DNA of 64,000 nt from Aeriscardovia sp. GTDB lineage: Bacteria > Actinomycetota > Actinomycetes > Actinomycetales > Bifidobacteriaceae. A program made the translations under genes and the position numbers. The notes below the pieces were generated by a model, which searched no databases, had not been told where the DNA came from, and saw only the letters and a program-made list of their open reading frames with translations. The stretch is taken from NCBI GenBank assembly GCA_017632535.1, contig JAGBRC010000009.1:6162-70161 (forward strand), written 5' to 3'. Shown here in pieces: positions 9,000 to 18,295 of this stretch (positions are counted from its first letter, which is position 1; every line of letters starts with the position of its first letter).

Positions 9000-9944
9000 G
9001 TGAGGGGAAACGAAGTTTATAACGAGTTGGCGGGCGTGAGCCTAAGCCCTTCCATGCGGGAAGTGCAGATAGCTGTAATGCTTAGAATGGCCATGTCTCT
9101 TAGGGTCTCGAAAGGGAAATTCGCCTTAGAGTGCACTTTTAAACACCAAGACTCTGCAGTATGGCTGAAGAACGCCATAGAAGAGGCTTTTTCAATTCTG
9201 TCAGAACTTAGGAGTGTGCCCGACGAGAAAAACTCGAACGTATGCGTGGTATCTTTCAGGGGCAATGATGCAAAAAGGCTTTTGCTTTTCAGCAAGCTCT
9301 TGGATGTGAAGACAAAAAGGATTGTGGCCTCTTTCCCTCCCTTCATAGACCTCTCCTCCATCCCCGTAGCCAAGACCGTGTGGAGGGGGGCCATCATGGC
9401 GAGGGGAGAAGTGGTCCCCGAAAAGAAGTCCGGAATCAAAATCGGCTGCTCTTCTGTAGATCTTGCAAATAAGCTTCAGGAGGCTGCCTCTACCCTCGGG
9501 GTAGAGGCTCAGGCAAACTGCCGAGTCAGAAAGAAGAGCGTGGAAGTGCCTCCGGCGGCACAGACGGTGAAGATGCTGAACCTTATAGGGGCCGGAGAGT
9601 GCGCGAAAAAGATCCGAAGTTCCTTGGAGCGCACAAGCGAAGTGGAGGCCAAGCACGTGGTGGCCCAGCTCTACGAAGCCAATCGGCAGCGCAGCTCGGC
9701 TGCCGCCAAGAAGGCCTGCGAAAAGATCAAAAACGCCTTCGAGATCCTGGAAGGGCGCGAGATAAACCCGGATCTTAGGCAGGCCGGAGAGCTCAGGCTC
9801 GCACATCCCAATGCTACCTTGAGCGAACTGGGAAAGCTGGCCAACCCCCCCATAAGCAAAGATGCCGTGGCCGGAAGGATGAGGCGCCTGTACAGGCTGG
9901 CGTTGGACGTCAAAGAAGGGGGAAAGGCGGCAAGGCCCAAATAG
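9000..9944 (+). CDS. whiA: DNA-binding protein WhiA
   Basis: 314 aa with GTG start. C-terminal HTH LAHPNATLSELGKLANPPISKDAVAGRMRRL is typical of WhiA. Conserved position upstream of pgk-tpiA-secG. Confidence 0.88.
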   Translation: MRGNEVYNELAGVSLSPSMREVQIAVMLRMAMSLRVSKGKFALECTFKHQDSAVWLKNAIEEAFSILSELRSVPDEKNSNVCVVSFRGNDAKRLLLFSKLLDVKTKRIVASFPPFIDLSSIPVAKTVWRGAIMARGEVVPEKKSGIKIGCSSVDLANKLQEAASTLGVEAQANCRVRKKSVEVPPAAQTVKMLNLIGAGECAKKIRSSLERTSEVEAKHVVAQLYEANRQRSSAAAKKACEKIKNAFEILEGREINPDLRQAGELRLAHPNATLSELGKLANPPISKDAVAGRMRRLYRLALDVKEGGKAARPK

Positions 9945-9962
9945 CCATTTGTTTGAGGGCTT

Positions 9963-9991
9963 TTGACCTTATGAACTAAACTCGTTACTAA
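9963..9991 (+). promoter_or_regulatory. candidate sigma-70 type promoter for pgk-tpiA-secG
   Basis: TTGACC (9963-9968), a 17-nt spacer, then TACTAA (9986-9991), about 28 nt upstream of the pgk ATG. Sequence match only. Confidence 0.3.
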
Positions 9992-10018
9992 AAGCGCTTT
10001 GACCTATAGGAAGGCAAT

Positions 10019-11215
10019 ATGGAAAGTATAGAGAAACTTGGGGATCTGACGGGAAAAACCGTCCTGGTCAGGTGCGACTTCAACGTGCCTGAAAACGACA
10101 AGGGAGAGATAACCGACGACAGGCGCATAAGGGCTGCAGTGCCCACCCTAAAGAGCCTTTTGGACCGCGGTGCCAAGCTCGTGATAGCAGCCCACCTGGG
10201 GCGGCCCAAGGGCAAGGAGGACAAGGCTTACAGCCTCGCCCCTGTGGCGCAGAGGCTTTCCGAGCTCCTCTCGGCTCCGGTAATCTTGGCCAAGGATGCC
10301 GCGGGCCCGGATTCAAAGAAGCTTGCAAAGGAGCTCAAGCCCGGCGAGGTCCTCCTTTTGGAAAACATCCGCTTCAGGCCGGAAGAGACAAGCAAAGACG
10401 AGGCCGAGAGGATGAAGCTGGCCGAAGATCTCGCCTCCCTGGCCGATCTTTTCGTTTTCGACGGCTTCGGGGTCGCCCACAGGAAGCACGCCTCCAGCTA
10501 CGACGTTTCCAAGCTCCTGCCCAGCTACATGGGCCTTTTGGTGGCAAAAGAGCAGGAGGCCCTCACCCGAGCACTAGAAGATCCCGCCAGGCCCTACACC
10601 GTGGTGATGGGAGGGGCAAAAGTTTCCGACAAGCTCAAAGTCATAGTGAACCTTTTGGATGTAGCCGACCGGATCCTTATAGCCGGAGGAATGGCATACA
10701 CCTTCATCAAGGCCAACGGGGGGCAGATTGGCCAGTCCCTCCTGGAGCCCGACATGCTCGACGAGGCCAGAGAATGCATGAGGATTGCAAAGGAGAAGGG
10801 GGTTGAGTTTCTTCTTCCCAAAGATCTCGTGGTGGCAGACGCCTTCTCTAACGACGCTTCCACCGAGATAGTGGATTCCTATAAGGTCCCCGAGGACATG
10901 ATGGGGATGGATGTGGGCCCCAAGACCTGCGAGGAGTTTGCGGCTAAGATCAAGGACTCCAAGACTGTGTTTTGGAACGGCCCGCTGGGGGTGTTCGAGT
11001 TTCCAAAGTTTGCGGAAGGCACCCGCTTCATTGCCCAGGCCATGAAAGAGGCCACGGCAAACGGGGCCTTCACGATCATTGGCGGCGGCGACAGCGCAGC
11101 CGCCGTCGATGCCTTTGGGTTCAAAGACGGGGACTTCTCCCACATTTCCACCGGAGGCGGCGCCTCCCTGGAGTTCCTCAAGGGAGAAGGGCTTCCGGCG
11201 CTCGAGGAAAAGTAA
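10019..11215 (+). CDS. pgk: phosphoglycerate kinase
   Basis: 398 aa. VLVRCDFNVP, IRAAVPTLK, LENIRF and GGGDSAAAV motifs. Confidence 0.97.
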   Translation: MESIEKLGDLTGKTVLVRCDFNVPENDKGEITDDRRIRAAVPTLKSLLDRGAKLVIAAHLGRPKGKEDKAYSLAPVAQRLSELLSAPVILAKDAAGPDSKKLAKELKPGEVLLLENIRFRPEETSKDEAERMKLAEDLASLADLFVFDGFGVAHRKHASSYDVSKLLPSYMGLLVAKEQEALTRALEDPARPYTVVMGGAKVSDKLKVIVNLLDVADRILIAGGMAYTFIKANGGQIGQSLLEPDMLDEARECMRIAKEKGVEFLLPKDLVVADAFSNDASTEIVDSYKVPEDMMGMDVGPKTCEEFAAKIKDSKTVFWNGPLGVFEFPKFAEGTRFIAQAMKEATANGAFTIIGGGDSAAAVDAFGFKDGDFSHISTGGGASLEFLKGEGLPALEEK

Positions 11216-11217
11216 GT

Positions 11218-11997
11218 ATGACCCAAACTTGCCCCCCCTGGCTTTTGGCCGCCAACTGGAAGATGAATATGGATCATCTACAGACTCTGGAGTTTATAAG
11301 GGAGCTTAGTATCCTGATGCCCGAAAAAGAGGCGGAAAACTCGGGGGTGGAAATGGCGATCTTCCCGCCCTTTACCAGCCTGCGCACGGCCCAGGTATTT
11401 TCGACCTCCTACCAGGTCGCGCTCTCCTTGGGCGCCCAGGACGTCTCCCCCCACCCCTCCGGGGCGTTTACGGGGGAAGTTTCAGCTTCCATGCTGGCGC
11501 GCCTTGGGTGCAAGTACGTCTTGGTCGGGCACTCTGAAAGCAGGAAGAACCACCACGAGACCAGAGAAGAGCTCGTGGGCAAGGCGAAAAACGCCATTGC
11601 CTCTCAGATGACCCCGATACTTTGTGTGGGCGAAGAGGAAAAAGGCGGCGAAGGCATGGAGGAGATATGCTCTCAGGCCGAAGAAGTCTTCTGCGACTTA
11701 GGCAAAGAAGAGAGGGAAAAGGTGATAGTCTCCTACGAGCCCGTATGGGCCATAGGCTCCTCGGTCACCGCTTCCCCGCAAAGAATCTCCAGGGCCGCTT
11801 CGGCCCTCAAGGCCGACCTTTTTAAAAAGTTTGGGGCCTCTCCCAGAATCCTCTACGGGGGGTCGGTCAACGAAGGAAATATAGAATCCCTAAAGGGCCT
11901 CGGGCTTGGAGGGTTCCTTGTGGGCAGAGCCAGCCTCAGCCCTGCGGAGTTTACGGCGATCTTTCGGTGCCTTGAGAAAGGGAAAGGACTGGCATGA
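11218..11997 (+). CDS. tpiA: triosephosphate isomerase
   Basis: ORF 10972..11997 trimmed to ATG 11218, 2 nt after the pgk stop and preceded by GAGGAA. AANWKMN, VLVGHSESR, YEPVWAIGS and LYGGSV motifs. Confidence 0.95.
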   Translation: MTQTCPPWLLAANWKMNMDHLQTLEFIRELSILMPEKEAENSGVEMAIFPPFTSLRTAQVFSTSYQVALSLGAQDVSPHPSGAFTGEVSASMLARLGCKYVLVGHSESRKNHHETREELVGKAKNAIASQMTPILCVGEEEKGGEGMEEICSQAEEVFCDLGKEEREKVIVSYEPVWAIGSSVTASPQRISRAASALKADLFKKFGASPRILYGGSVNEGNIESLKGLGLGGFLVGRASLSPAEFTAIFRCLEKGKGLA

Positions 11998-12251
11998 AGG
12001 CGCTGGTAATAATTTTGGACATCTTGGTGATCGTCACCAGCATCCTCCTCACCCTCCTCATCCTCATGCACAAGGGCAAGGGCGGCGGCCTTTCCGACAT
12101 GTTCGGGGCCTCCGCCTCCGGGCAGAGCGCCAGCACCTCGGGAGTGGCTGAGAAGAACCTGAACCGCATTACCGTCATAGTGGCCCTCATATGGATCCTA
12201 ACGATAATCGGCCTGGGGCTCCTCACAAGGTTCGGATTTACGGCTTGGTGA
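11994..12251 (+). CDS. secG: preprotein translocase subunit SecG
   Basis: 85 aa, two TM segments, LILMHKGKGGGLSDMFG motif. ATGA overlap with the tpiA stop. Confidence 0.9.
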   Translation: MKALVIILDILVIVTSILLTLLILMHKGKGGGLSDMFGASASGQSASTSGVAEKNLNRITVIVALIWILTIIGLGLLTRFGFTAW

Positions 12252-12255
12252 TGAA

Positions 12256-12711
12256 ATGATACGTTACGCGCTAGAAAAGGATGCACAGGAGCTTGTAAAG
12301 CTCAGAATAGACGAGCAGAAGGCGATCCATCCGGACGCCTCGGCCGATCAGGAAAAGGTCGAGGCCATAGAGAAGTGGATTTCTCAGTCCATAGGGAATG
12401 TGAACACCTTGATACTCGTCAGCGAGGAAGACGGGAAAATTGACGCCACCTGCACCTTCGTGGTCGAGCACAACATCCCCGGCCTGGTAGACAACGGCAA
12501 CTACGCGTACATGTGCAACGTGTACACCGTTCCCGAAAAGAGGAAGCAGGGGATCATGGCCAACATGATCTCCCAGGGCGAGATAGAGCTGAGGGCGAGG
12601 AACGTGTGCGCGGTGTACTTCGACAGCGTCTCCGAGCCCATGATTTCCCTTTCCCAAAAGCTGGGATACGTGCACAGGACGAGCTTCTACTCCAAAGACC
12701 TTGTAGATTGA
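12256..12711 (+). CDS. GNAT-family N-acetyltransferase
   Basis: 151 aa. Acetyl-CoA binding motif A-like VYTVPEKRKQGIMANMI and typical GNAT length. Confidence 0.6.
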   Translation: MIRYALEKDAQELVKLRIDEQKAIHPDASADQEKVEAIEKWISQSIGNVNTLILVSEEDGKIDATCTFVVEHNIPGLVDNGNYAYMCNVYTVPEKRKQGIMANMISQGEIELRARNVCAVYFDSVSEPMISLSQKLGYVHRTSFYSKDLVD

Positions 12712-12727
12712 AAAAGGTAAAATAAAA

Positions 12728-12771
12728 AGAGGTCGGACAGGCTTTCCGTGGAGTCGGTCCGGCCTCTTTTT
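12728..12771. terminator. bidirectional intrinsic terminator between the GNAT gene (+) and tal (-)
   Basis: 11-bp stem AGAGGTCGGAC / GTCCGGCCTCT (one G-U pair). Flanked by an A-run on the 5' side and TTTTTAT on the 3' side, so it works on both strands. Lies between convergent genes. Confidence 0.7.
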
Positions 12772-12780
12772 ATGCCCGAT

Positions 12781-13869
12781 CTACATCTTCTTTTCGATTT
12801 CGCCCACCAAAGAGTTCCAAGAATCTTTGAATTGGTCTATTCCGTCCTTCTGCAGATCCTCCGAGACTTTCTCTATGTCGATCCCGAGGGCGGAAAGCCC
12901 TTCTATCACCCTGCGGCTCGCATCAAAGTCGAAATCGGAGGGAAGGCCCTTGCCGTGGTCGGCTTCGGCTTCCAGGGTGGTCATAGGCATGGTGTTGACC
13001 GTCTTGGGGGCCACGAGGGAATCTACGTACATGCAGTCCGGGTAAGCGGGGTTCTTGACCGAAGTGCTCGCCCAAAGCAGCCTCTGGGGATGCACTCCGG
13101 CCCTCTCCAGCTCCATCCAGCGCGGATCGGAGCTGAAGATCTTCTCAAAGAGCCCGTAGGCCAGGGAGGCGTTCGCCACGGCCGCCTTGCCCTTGAGGGC
13201 GAGGGCCTCGGGGGTAGCGATCTTGTCGAGCATGGCGTCGACTTTGGTGTCGATTCTGGATATAAACAGGGAGGCCACGGACCCCAAAGGACGCAGGTCC
13301 ACATCGCTGTGCAAAGCGTCCATGGCCCCGTCGAGGAAGGCATTGGCCGCAGCCTGGTAGTGGGGCAAAGAGAACAGAAGGGTCATGTTCACGCTGATGC
13401 CGTGCCCTATGCAGAACCTCGTGGCCTCAAATCCAGCGGGGGTGGCGGGGATCTTCACCATGGCGTTCTTGCGCTCTATCTTTTCCCAAACCTTCTGCGC
13501 AGCGGCTATCATCGCTTCTGAGTCATTGGAAATATTGGGATCCACTTCGAGGGAGACCCTCCCGTTGACCCAGCCGCTCTTTTCGGCGGTGGGGCGGAAG
13601 ATGTCGCAGGCGGAGCGGACGTCTTTGATCATGAGGCTGTAGAGGATGTCGGAAGCCGAGCCCTCCCCGGCCTTTATCTCTTCGTCGTACAGAGAGGAGC
13701 CGTGTATGGCCTTGTAGAAGATGTTGGGGTTGGTGGTGACTCCGCACACCCCTTCTTCGTCGATGAGCTCCTGCAGCTTTCCGGATCCCATAAGGTCCCT
13801 AGAGAGGCTGTCTAGCCACACGGACACCCCGTTGGATTCTAGCCGGGCCATATTTTCGTTTACTGCCAT
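12781..13869 (-). CDS. tal: transaldolase
   Basis: 362 aa. GVSVWLDSLSR, GVTTNP and VSLEV...MVKIPAT motifs of the long actinobacterial transaldolases. Adjacent to tkt. Confidence 0.95.
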   Translation of the reverse strand: MAVNENMARLESNGVSVWLDSLSRDLMGSGKLQELIDEEGVCGVTTNPNIFYKAIHGSSLYDEEIKAGEGSASDILYSLMIKDVRSACDIFRPTAEKSGWVNGRVSLEVDPNISNDSEAMIAAAQKVWEKIERKNAMVKIPATPAGFEATRFCIGHGISVNMTLLFSLPHYQAAANAFLDGAMDALHSDVDLRPLGSVASLFISRIDTKVDAMLDKIATPEALALKGKAAVANASLAYGLFEKIFSSDPRWMELERAGVHPQRLLWASTSVKNPAYPDCMYVDSLVAPKTVNTMPMTTLEAEADHGKGLPSDFDFDASRRVIEGLSALGIDIEKVSEDLQKDGIDQFKDSWNSLVGEIEKKM

Positions 13870-13880
13870 TTTTTCTCCTT

Positions 13881-15941
13881 TTACTCTTCCCTCAATGCTT
13901 CGAGGGCGTTTTCCACGACGTTTTCAACCGTCATTCCAAGAGCCTTCATGTTTTCGGACCCGCTGCCCTGCAGGCCGAACCTGTCTATGCACACGCACCT
14001 TCCGGAAAGCCCCACGTACTTGTACCAGCTCATGGCGCTTCCGGCTTCTACGGCCACCCTGGCCCCGATCTCTTCGGGGAGCACAGAGCACCTGTAGGAG
14101 AGGGGCTGGCGGTCGAACCATTCCATACATGGAACAGATACAACCCTGGCCTTTATTCCCATTTTCTCCAACTCGGCCGAGGCCTTGAGTATGAGCGAGA
14201 CTTCCGATCCGCTGGCCATGAGGATCAGATCGTCCTCATCTCCGCCCTTGAGAACGTAGGCCCCCTTGGGGAGCCCTTCTTTCGCCTTCTGGCGGGTGAT
14301 GCTGAGGGTGTCGACCTTCTGGCGGGTGAGGATCAGCGCGGAGGGGGCGCTTTCGGCCTTTTCAAAGATCTGCCTCCAGGCTTCGCAGGTTTCAAACGCG
14401 TCGCAGGGCCTTATGACGTCGAGGTTGGGCATGGCCCTGAGGGATGAAAGCTGCTCTATTGGCTGGTGGGTGGGGCCGTCTTCGCCCAGGGCCACAGAGT
14501 CGTGGGTGAGAATGAAGATGTTGGGGATGTTCATGAGGGCCGCAAGCCTCACGGCCGCCCTCTCGTAGTCCACAAACTGAAGGAAGGTTCCACCAAAGCA
14601 GCGGGTGTGAGATCCCAAGAGGATGCCATTGGTTATAGCGCCCATGGCAAACTCCCTCACTCCGAAGTGCACCACCCTCCCTGAGGGGCCGGAATCTGGC
14701 CACTGCTTGGTGCCGGATCCTACAGGCCCAAAGGAGGGGGCCCCTTCTATGACGGTGTTGTTGGAGCCGCCCAGGTCCGCGCTTCCTCCCCACAGCTCCG
14801 GCATCACTTTCGCTATGGCGTTGAGGGCCTTTCCGGAAGAAGCCCTGGTGGGCAGGGGGTCCAAAGAGAACGAGGCTTCGAGATCGTCTATGGCCCTGTC
14901 GAAGCCCTCGGGGAGGCGGCCGGACTGCAGCCTGTCGTGAAGGGCAGAGGCTTCGGGGTTCTCGCCCTTCCAGGCCTCAAACTCTTTCATCCATGCCTTT
15001 TTGGCTTCCTCTCCCCTCTTTATGGCGCCCCTGGCGTGGGCCAAAAGGTCGGGGTCGACCTGAAAAGCCCTGTCCTCGTCCAATCCGAGCTCCTTTTTGA
15101 GGACCCGCACGGCGTCTTCCCCTAGAGGAGATCCGTGGGTCTTTTCGCTTCCCGCCTTTCCGGGGGTGGGCCAGGCTATAACGGTGTCGACCTGGATGAA
15201 GTGGGGGCGGTCGGTGACTTTCCTGGCCTTCTTTATGGCGCGAAGGAGTGCCTGGATGTCTTCCTTGTATCCGGCCGGAGTGTTGAAGCTCACCCGGTCG
15301 GTGTACCAGCCGTAGCTCTTATAGCGTTTGAGGACGTTTTCGGTGAGGGTGATGGAAGTGTCCCCTTCAATCTGGATCTTGTTGCAGTCGAAGATTGCAA
15401 AGAGGTTGCCGAGCTTTTGGGTGCCGGCCAAAGAGGAGGCCTCCCCGCTCACCCCTTCCTCTATGTCCCCTTCTCCGCAAAGCGTCCACACTTCGTGGGA
15501 GAAGAGATCGCTTTCAAGGAGTGCGGATTCGAACCTCGAAGCCATGGCGAAGCCCACGGCGGTGGAAATTCCCTGCCCGAGGGGTCCGGTGGTCATTTCA
15601 ATCCCCTCCGTCAGGCCGTATTCGGGATGGCCGGGGGTCTTGGAGTTCATGGTCCTGTAGCCCTTTATGTCATCCAAAGTCAGGTAGCCCGCCAAAAAGA
15701 GCTGCACATACTGGGACAGGGACGCGTGGCCGGAAGAGAGGATGAATCTGTCACGGCCCTCCCACTTAGGATCCAAAGGATCGTGTCTGAGCACGTACTG
15801 ATAGAGGGTGTAGACGATTGGGGTCATGGAAATGGCGCTTCCGGGGTGGCCGCTTCCCGCCTTTTGCACGGCGTCGGCTATAAGCCCCTTGGCCATGGCT
15901 ATGGTTCTTTCGTCCAAATTAGACTTTTTCAACTCATCCAT
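13881..15941 (-). CDS. tkt: transketolase
   Basis: 686 aa. GSGHPGSAISM, GEGDIEEGVS (ThDP/metal motif), HFGVREFAMG and THDSVALGEDGPTHQPIE. Confidence 0.97.
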   Translation of the reverse strand: MDELKKSNLDERTIAMAKGLIADAVQKAGSGHPGSAISMTPIVYTLYQYVLRHDPLDPKWEGRDRFILSSGHASLSQYVQLFLAGYLTLDDIKGYRTMNSKTPGHPEYGLTEGIEMTTGPLGQGISTAVGFAMASRFESALLESDLFSHEVWTLCGEGDIEEGVSGEASSLAGTQKLGNLFAIFDCNKIQIEGDTSITLTENVLKRYKSYGWYTDRVSFNTPAGYKEDIQALLRAIKKARKVTDRPHFIQVDTVIAWPTPGKAGSEKTHGSPLGEDAVRVLKKELGLDEDRAFQVDPDLLAHARGAIKRGEEAKKAWMKEFEAWKGENPEASALHDRLQSGRLPEGFDRAIDDLEASFSLDPLPTRASSGKALNAIAKVMPELWGGSADLGGSNNTVIEGAPSFGPVGSGTKQWPDSGPSGRVVHFGVREFAMGAITNGILLGSHTRCFGGTFLQFVDYERAAVRLAALMNIPNIFILTHDSVALGEDGPTHQPIEQLSSLRAMPNLDVIRPCDAFETCEAWRQIFEKAESAPSALILTRQKVDTLSITRQKAKEGLPKGAYVLKGGDEDDLILMASGSEVSLILKASAELEKMGIKARVVSVPCMEWFDRQPLSYRCSVLPEEIGARVAVEAGSAMSWYKYVGLSGRCVCIDRFGLQGSGSENMKALGMTVENVVENALEALREE

Positions 15942-16019
15942 TTCAATTCCTTAATTGAAAAACAGTGACGGAGAGGCAAAAACTCTCATTTTAAAGATTA
16001 GAATGCGGGTCATAAATTT

Positions 16020-16048
16020 TTAACAGAAAGAGGAATTTTGGGTAAAAT
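16020..16048 (+). promoter_or_regulatory. candidate promoter of hrcA-dnaJ
   Basis: TTAACA (16020-16025), a 17-nt spacer, then TAAAAT (16043-16048), immediately abutting the CIRCE operator. This is the classic HrcA-repressed arrangement. Confidence 0.5.
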
Positions 16049-16075
16049 ATAGCACTCTTAGCCTTTGAGTGCTAA
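16049..16075 (+). promoter_or_regulatory. CIRCE operator (HrcA binding site)
   Basis: ATAGCACTC-TTAGCCTTT-GAGTGCTAA, a perfect 9-bp inverted repeat with a 9-nt spacer. It differs from the consensus TTAGCACTC-N9-GAGTGCTAA only at the first base. Lies 48 nt upstream of the hrcA start. Confidence 0.9.
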
Positions 16076-16122
16076 AACGTTATATTATTGTCTTCCCTTT
16101 TCAAGCCTAAGGAGGAGCAAGA

Positions 16123-17148
16123 GTGCACCAAGATCGGCAGGCGCTGGTGCTTAGGATCGTAGTCGAGCAGTATATCCGGACCCATGAGCCAGTGGCATCG
16201 GGGAGCGTAGTGAAAAAGTTCCCCGTTCCGATAAGCTCGGCTACCATACGCAACGACATGGCCGCCCTGGAGCGGGAGGGCTACCTTATGGAGCCCCATA
16301 CTTCGGCCGGGAGGGTGCCCACCGACAAGGGCTACAGAAATTTTGTGGACTCTTTAAACCTTCCACCGGACCCGGCCGCAAAGAGCCGGCCTTTAAGGGA
16401 TATACTTTCAACTTCTTCGGGGCTCGAAGAGGGGATAGAAGAGGCCGTCAAGTTTTTGGCCGCCTCTACCGGGCAGGTGGCCGTAGGAGTGGCTCCTCCC
16501 ATCTCTTCTCTCCCCCTCCACAGGCTAGAGATTGTAGGAAAAGATCCTCTGACTGTGATCCTCATCTCCGACAATGGACAAGTGGAAAAAGCCGGGATGG
16601 AGAACCCGGGGCTTTCAAAAGAGGAAATTGGGGAAGAAGTTGAAAAAATAAACATGGAGGCCGCCGGAACCCCGATCTCTTCTCTGGGCAAAAAGATCGC
16701 CTCCATCCCTCCCTGCGGACCCAAAGAAGAGAAGTTTTTGGCGGCTCTCTCGGAAAGCATGGAATTCGGATCTTGCGCAAAAAGGGAAGTGTACGTCTAT
16801 GGGGTGAACCTGGCTTACAGGGAGATGAGCCGGGACTTTTTAGCCCCGCTTTTAGACGCCTTGGAAGAGCAGATTGCGCTCATCCGGCTCATGGCCTCAA
16901 TCTCTAGGGAGGGAGTGGGGGTGGCGATCGGCTCCGAGACTCAGACAGATTCTCTCTCGCACGTTTCCGTCCTTTCTGCGCGCTACGGCACCGAGTGCTG
17001 GGAAGCTCTGATAGGATCGATCGGAAACACTTACATGGACTACCCTTGCGCCATTTCTTCGCTCAGGGGCGTGGCAGAATGCCTGTCAGATTTCGCATCC
17101 CAACAATTTCCTTCCAATCCGAGTGACGGGAGTTTTAATGGAGAATGA
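16123..17148 (+). CDS. hrcA: heat-inducible transcription repressor HrcA
   Basis: 341 aa, GTG start with AAGGAGG upstream. N-terminal winged helix (RQALVLRIVVEQYIRTHEPVASGSV, SSATIRNDMAALEREGYL). CIRCE upstream and dnaJ downstream. Confidence 0.92.
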   Translation: MHQDRQALVLRIVVEQYIRTHEPVASGSVVKKFPVPISSATIRNDMAALEREGYLMEPHTSAGRVPTDKGYRNFVDSLNLPPDPAAKSRPLRDILSTSSGLEEGIEEAVKFLAASTGQVAVGVAPPISSLPLHRLEIVGKDPLTVILISDNGQVEKAGMENPGLSKEEIGEEVEKINMEAAGTPISSLGKKIASIPPCGPKEEKFLAALSESMEFGSCAKREVYVYGVNLAYREMSRDFLAPLLDALEEQIALIRLMASISREGVGVAIGSETQTDSLSHVSVLSARYGTECWEALIGSIGNTYMDYPCAISSLRGVAECLSDFASQQFPSNPSDGSFNGE

Positions 17149-18292
17149 CTATTACCAAATCCTCGGGGTCTCTAGGGACGCCAGCCAAGAAGAGATCCAA
17201 AAAGCCTACAGAAAGCTTTCGCGCCAATACCATCCGGACATCGCCGGAAAGCAGTACGAAGACAAGTTCAAAGAGATAAACGAAGCCTATTCTGTGCTTT
17301 CAGATCCTCAAAAGCGCGAAGAGTACGACCGCAGCGGGAGCGGTTTTTCAGGGGGCGCCGGGGGCGCGGGCTTTTCCCCAATGAACTTTACAGATCTCGG
17401 GGACCTCTTCGGACAGTTCTTCGGGGGGGCGAGCCCCTTTGGAACCGGTTCTGCGGCCTCCCCCATTCCCCGGGAAAACCGCGGCGGAGACGAAATCACC
17501 TCTATAACCGTCAGCCTGAAAGATGTGGTCTTTGGGGCGGAAAAGCAAATTGAAATACCGACTTTCGGAAGGTGCGCCGCCTGCAAAGGCACGGGCTCGA
17601 AAAGCGGGAGCGCTCCGATCGTGTGCCCTTCGTGCCAAGGGTCGGGAGTAAAGCAGCAAGTACAAAGGAGCATCCTCGGGCAGATCATGACCACCGTGCC
17701 CTGCCCACAGTGCCAGGGCCACGGCACCATCATTCCTGACCCCTGCCCCCAGTGCCAGGGCACCGGAAGGGTCCGGGTCAAAAGGACGGTGCAGGTCAAA
17801 ATCCCGGCAGGGATAGAGGACGGGACCAGGATCAAGCTAGTCGGCCAGGGCGAGGCGGGACAGCTCGGGGGCCCCGCGGGGGACCTTTACATAGAGATCC
17901 ATGTGGCCCCGAGCAAAGAGTTTGCGAGGAAAGGCCAAGATCTGCACTGCTGGCTGTCTATACCCATGACGTGGGCGGCGCTCGGGGCCAAGACCAACAT
18001 CTCGACTTTCGACGGGGAAAAGGAACTGGAGATTCCGGCCGGCATCCAATACGGGCAAACTGTGGTGATGCCGGGCCTTGGGCTTCCCAAATCTGAAAAG
18101 GAGAGGGGCGACATAGTCGTACACGTGCAGATAGAGATCCCCACCAGCCTCTCTTCGGAGCAAAAAGAGCTTCTCGAAAAATTCGCATCCAGCCATGATT
18201 CGCAGGCCGGCGGAAATATGCAGGCCGCCCAGGAAATGAAGCCTAAAAAGGGAATATTTGCGAGAATGAAAGACGCCCTCAAGGGCGAATAA
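17138..18292 (+). CDS. dnaJ: molecular chaperone DnaJ
   Basis: Trimmed to MENDYYQILGVSRDASQEEIQKAYRKLSRQYHPD (J domain, HPD). G/F region and four CxxCxGxG zinc motifs. Overlaps the hrcA stop by 11 nt. Confidence 0.95.
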   Translation: MENDYYQILGVSRDASQEEIQKAYRKLSRQYHPDIAGKQYEDKFKEINEAYSVLSDPQKREEYDRSGSGFSGGAGGAGFSPMNFTDLGDLFGQFFGGASPFGTGSAASPIPRENRGGDEITSITVSLKDVVFGAEKQIEIPTFGRCAACKGTGSKSGSAPIVCPSCQGSGVKQQVQRSILGQIMTTVPCPQCQGHGTIIPDPCPQCQGTGRVRVKRTVQVKIPAGIEDGTRIKLVGQGEAGQLGGPAGDLYIEIHVAPSKEFARKGQDLHCWLSIPMTWAALGAKTNISTFDGEKELEIPAGIQYGQTVVMPGLGLPKSEKERGDIVVHVQIEIPTSLSSEQKELLEKFASSHDSQAGGNMQAAQEMKPKKGIFARMKDALKGE

Positions 18293-18295
18293 GGT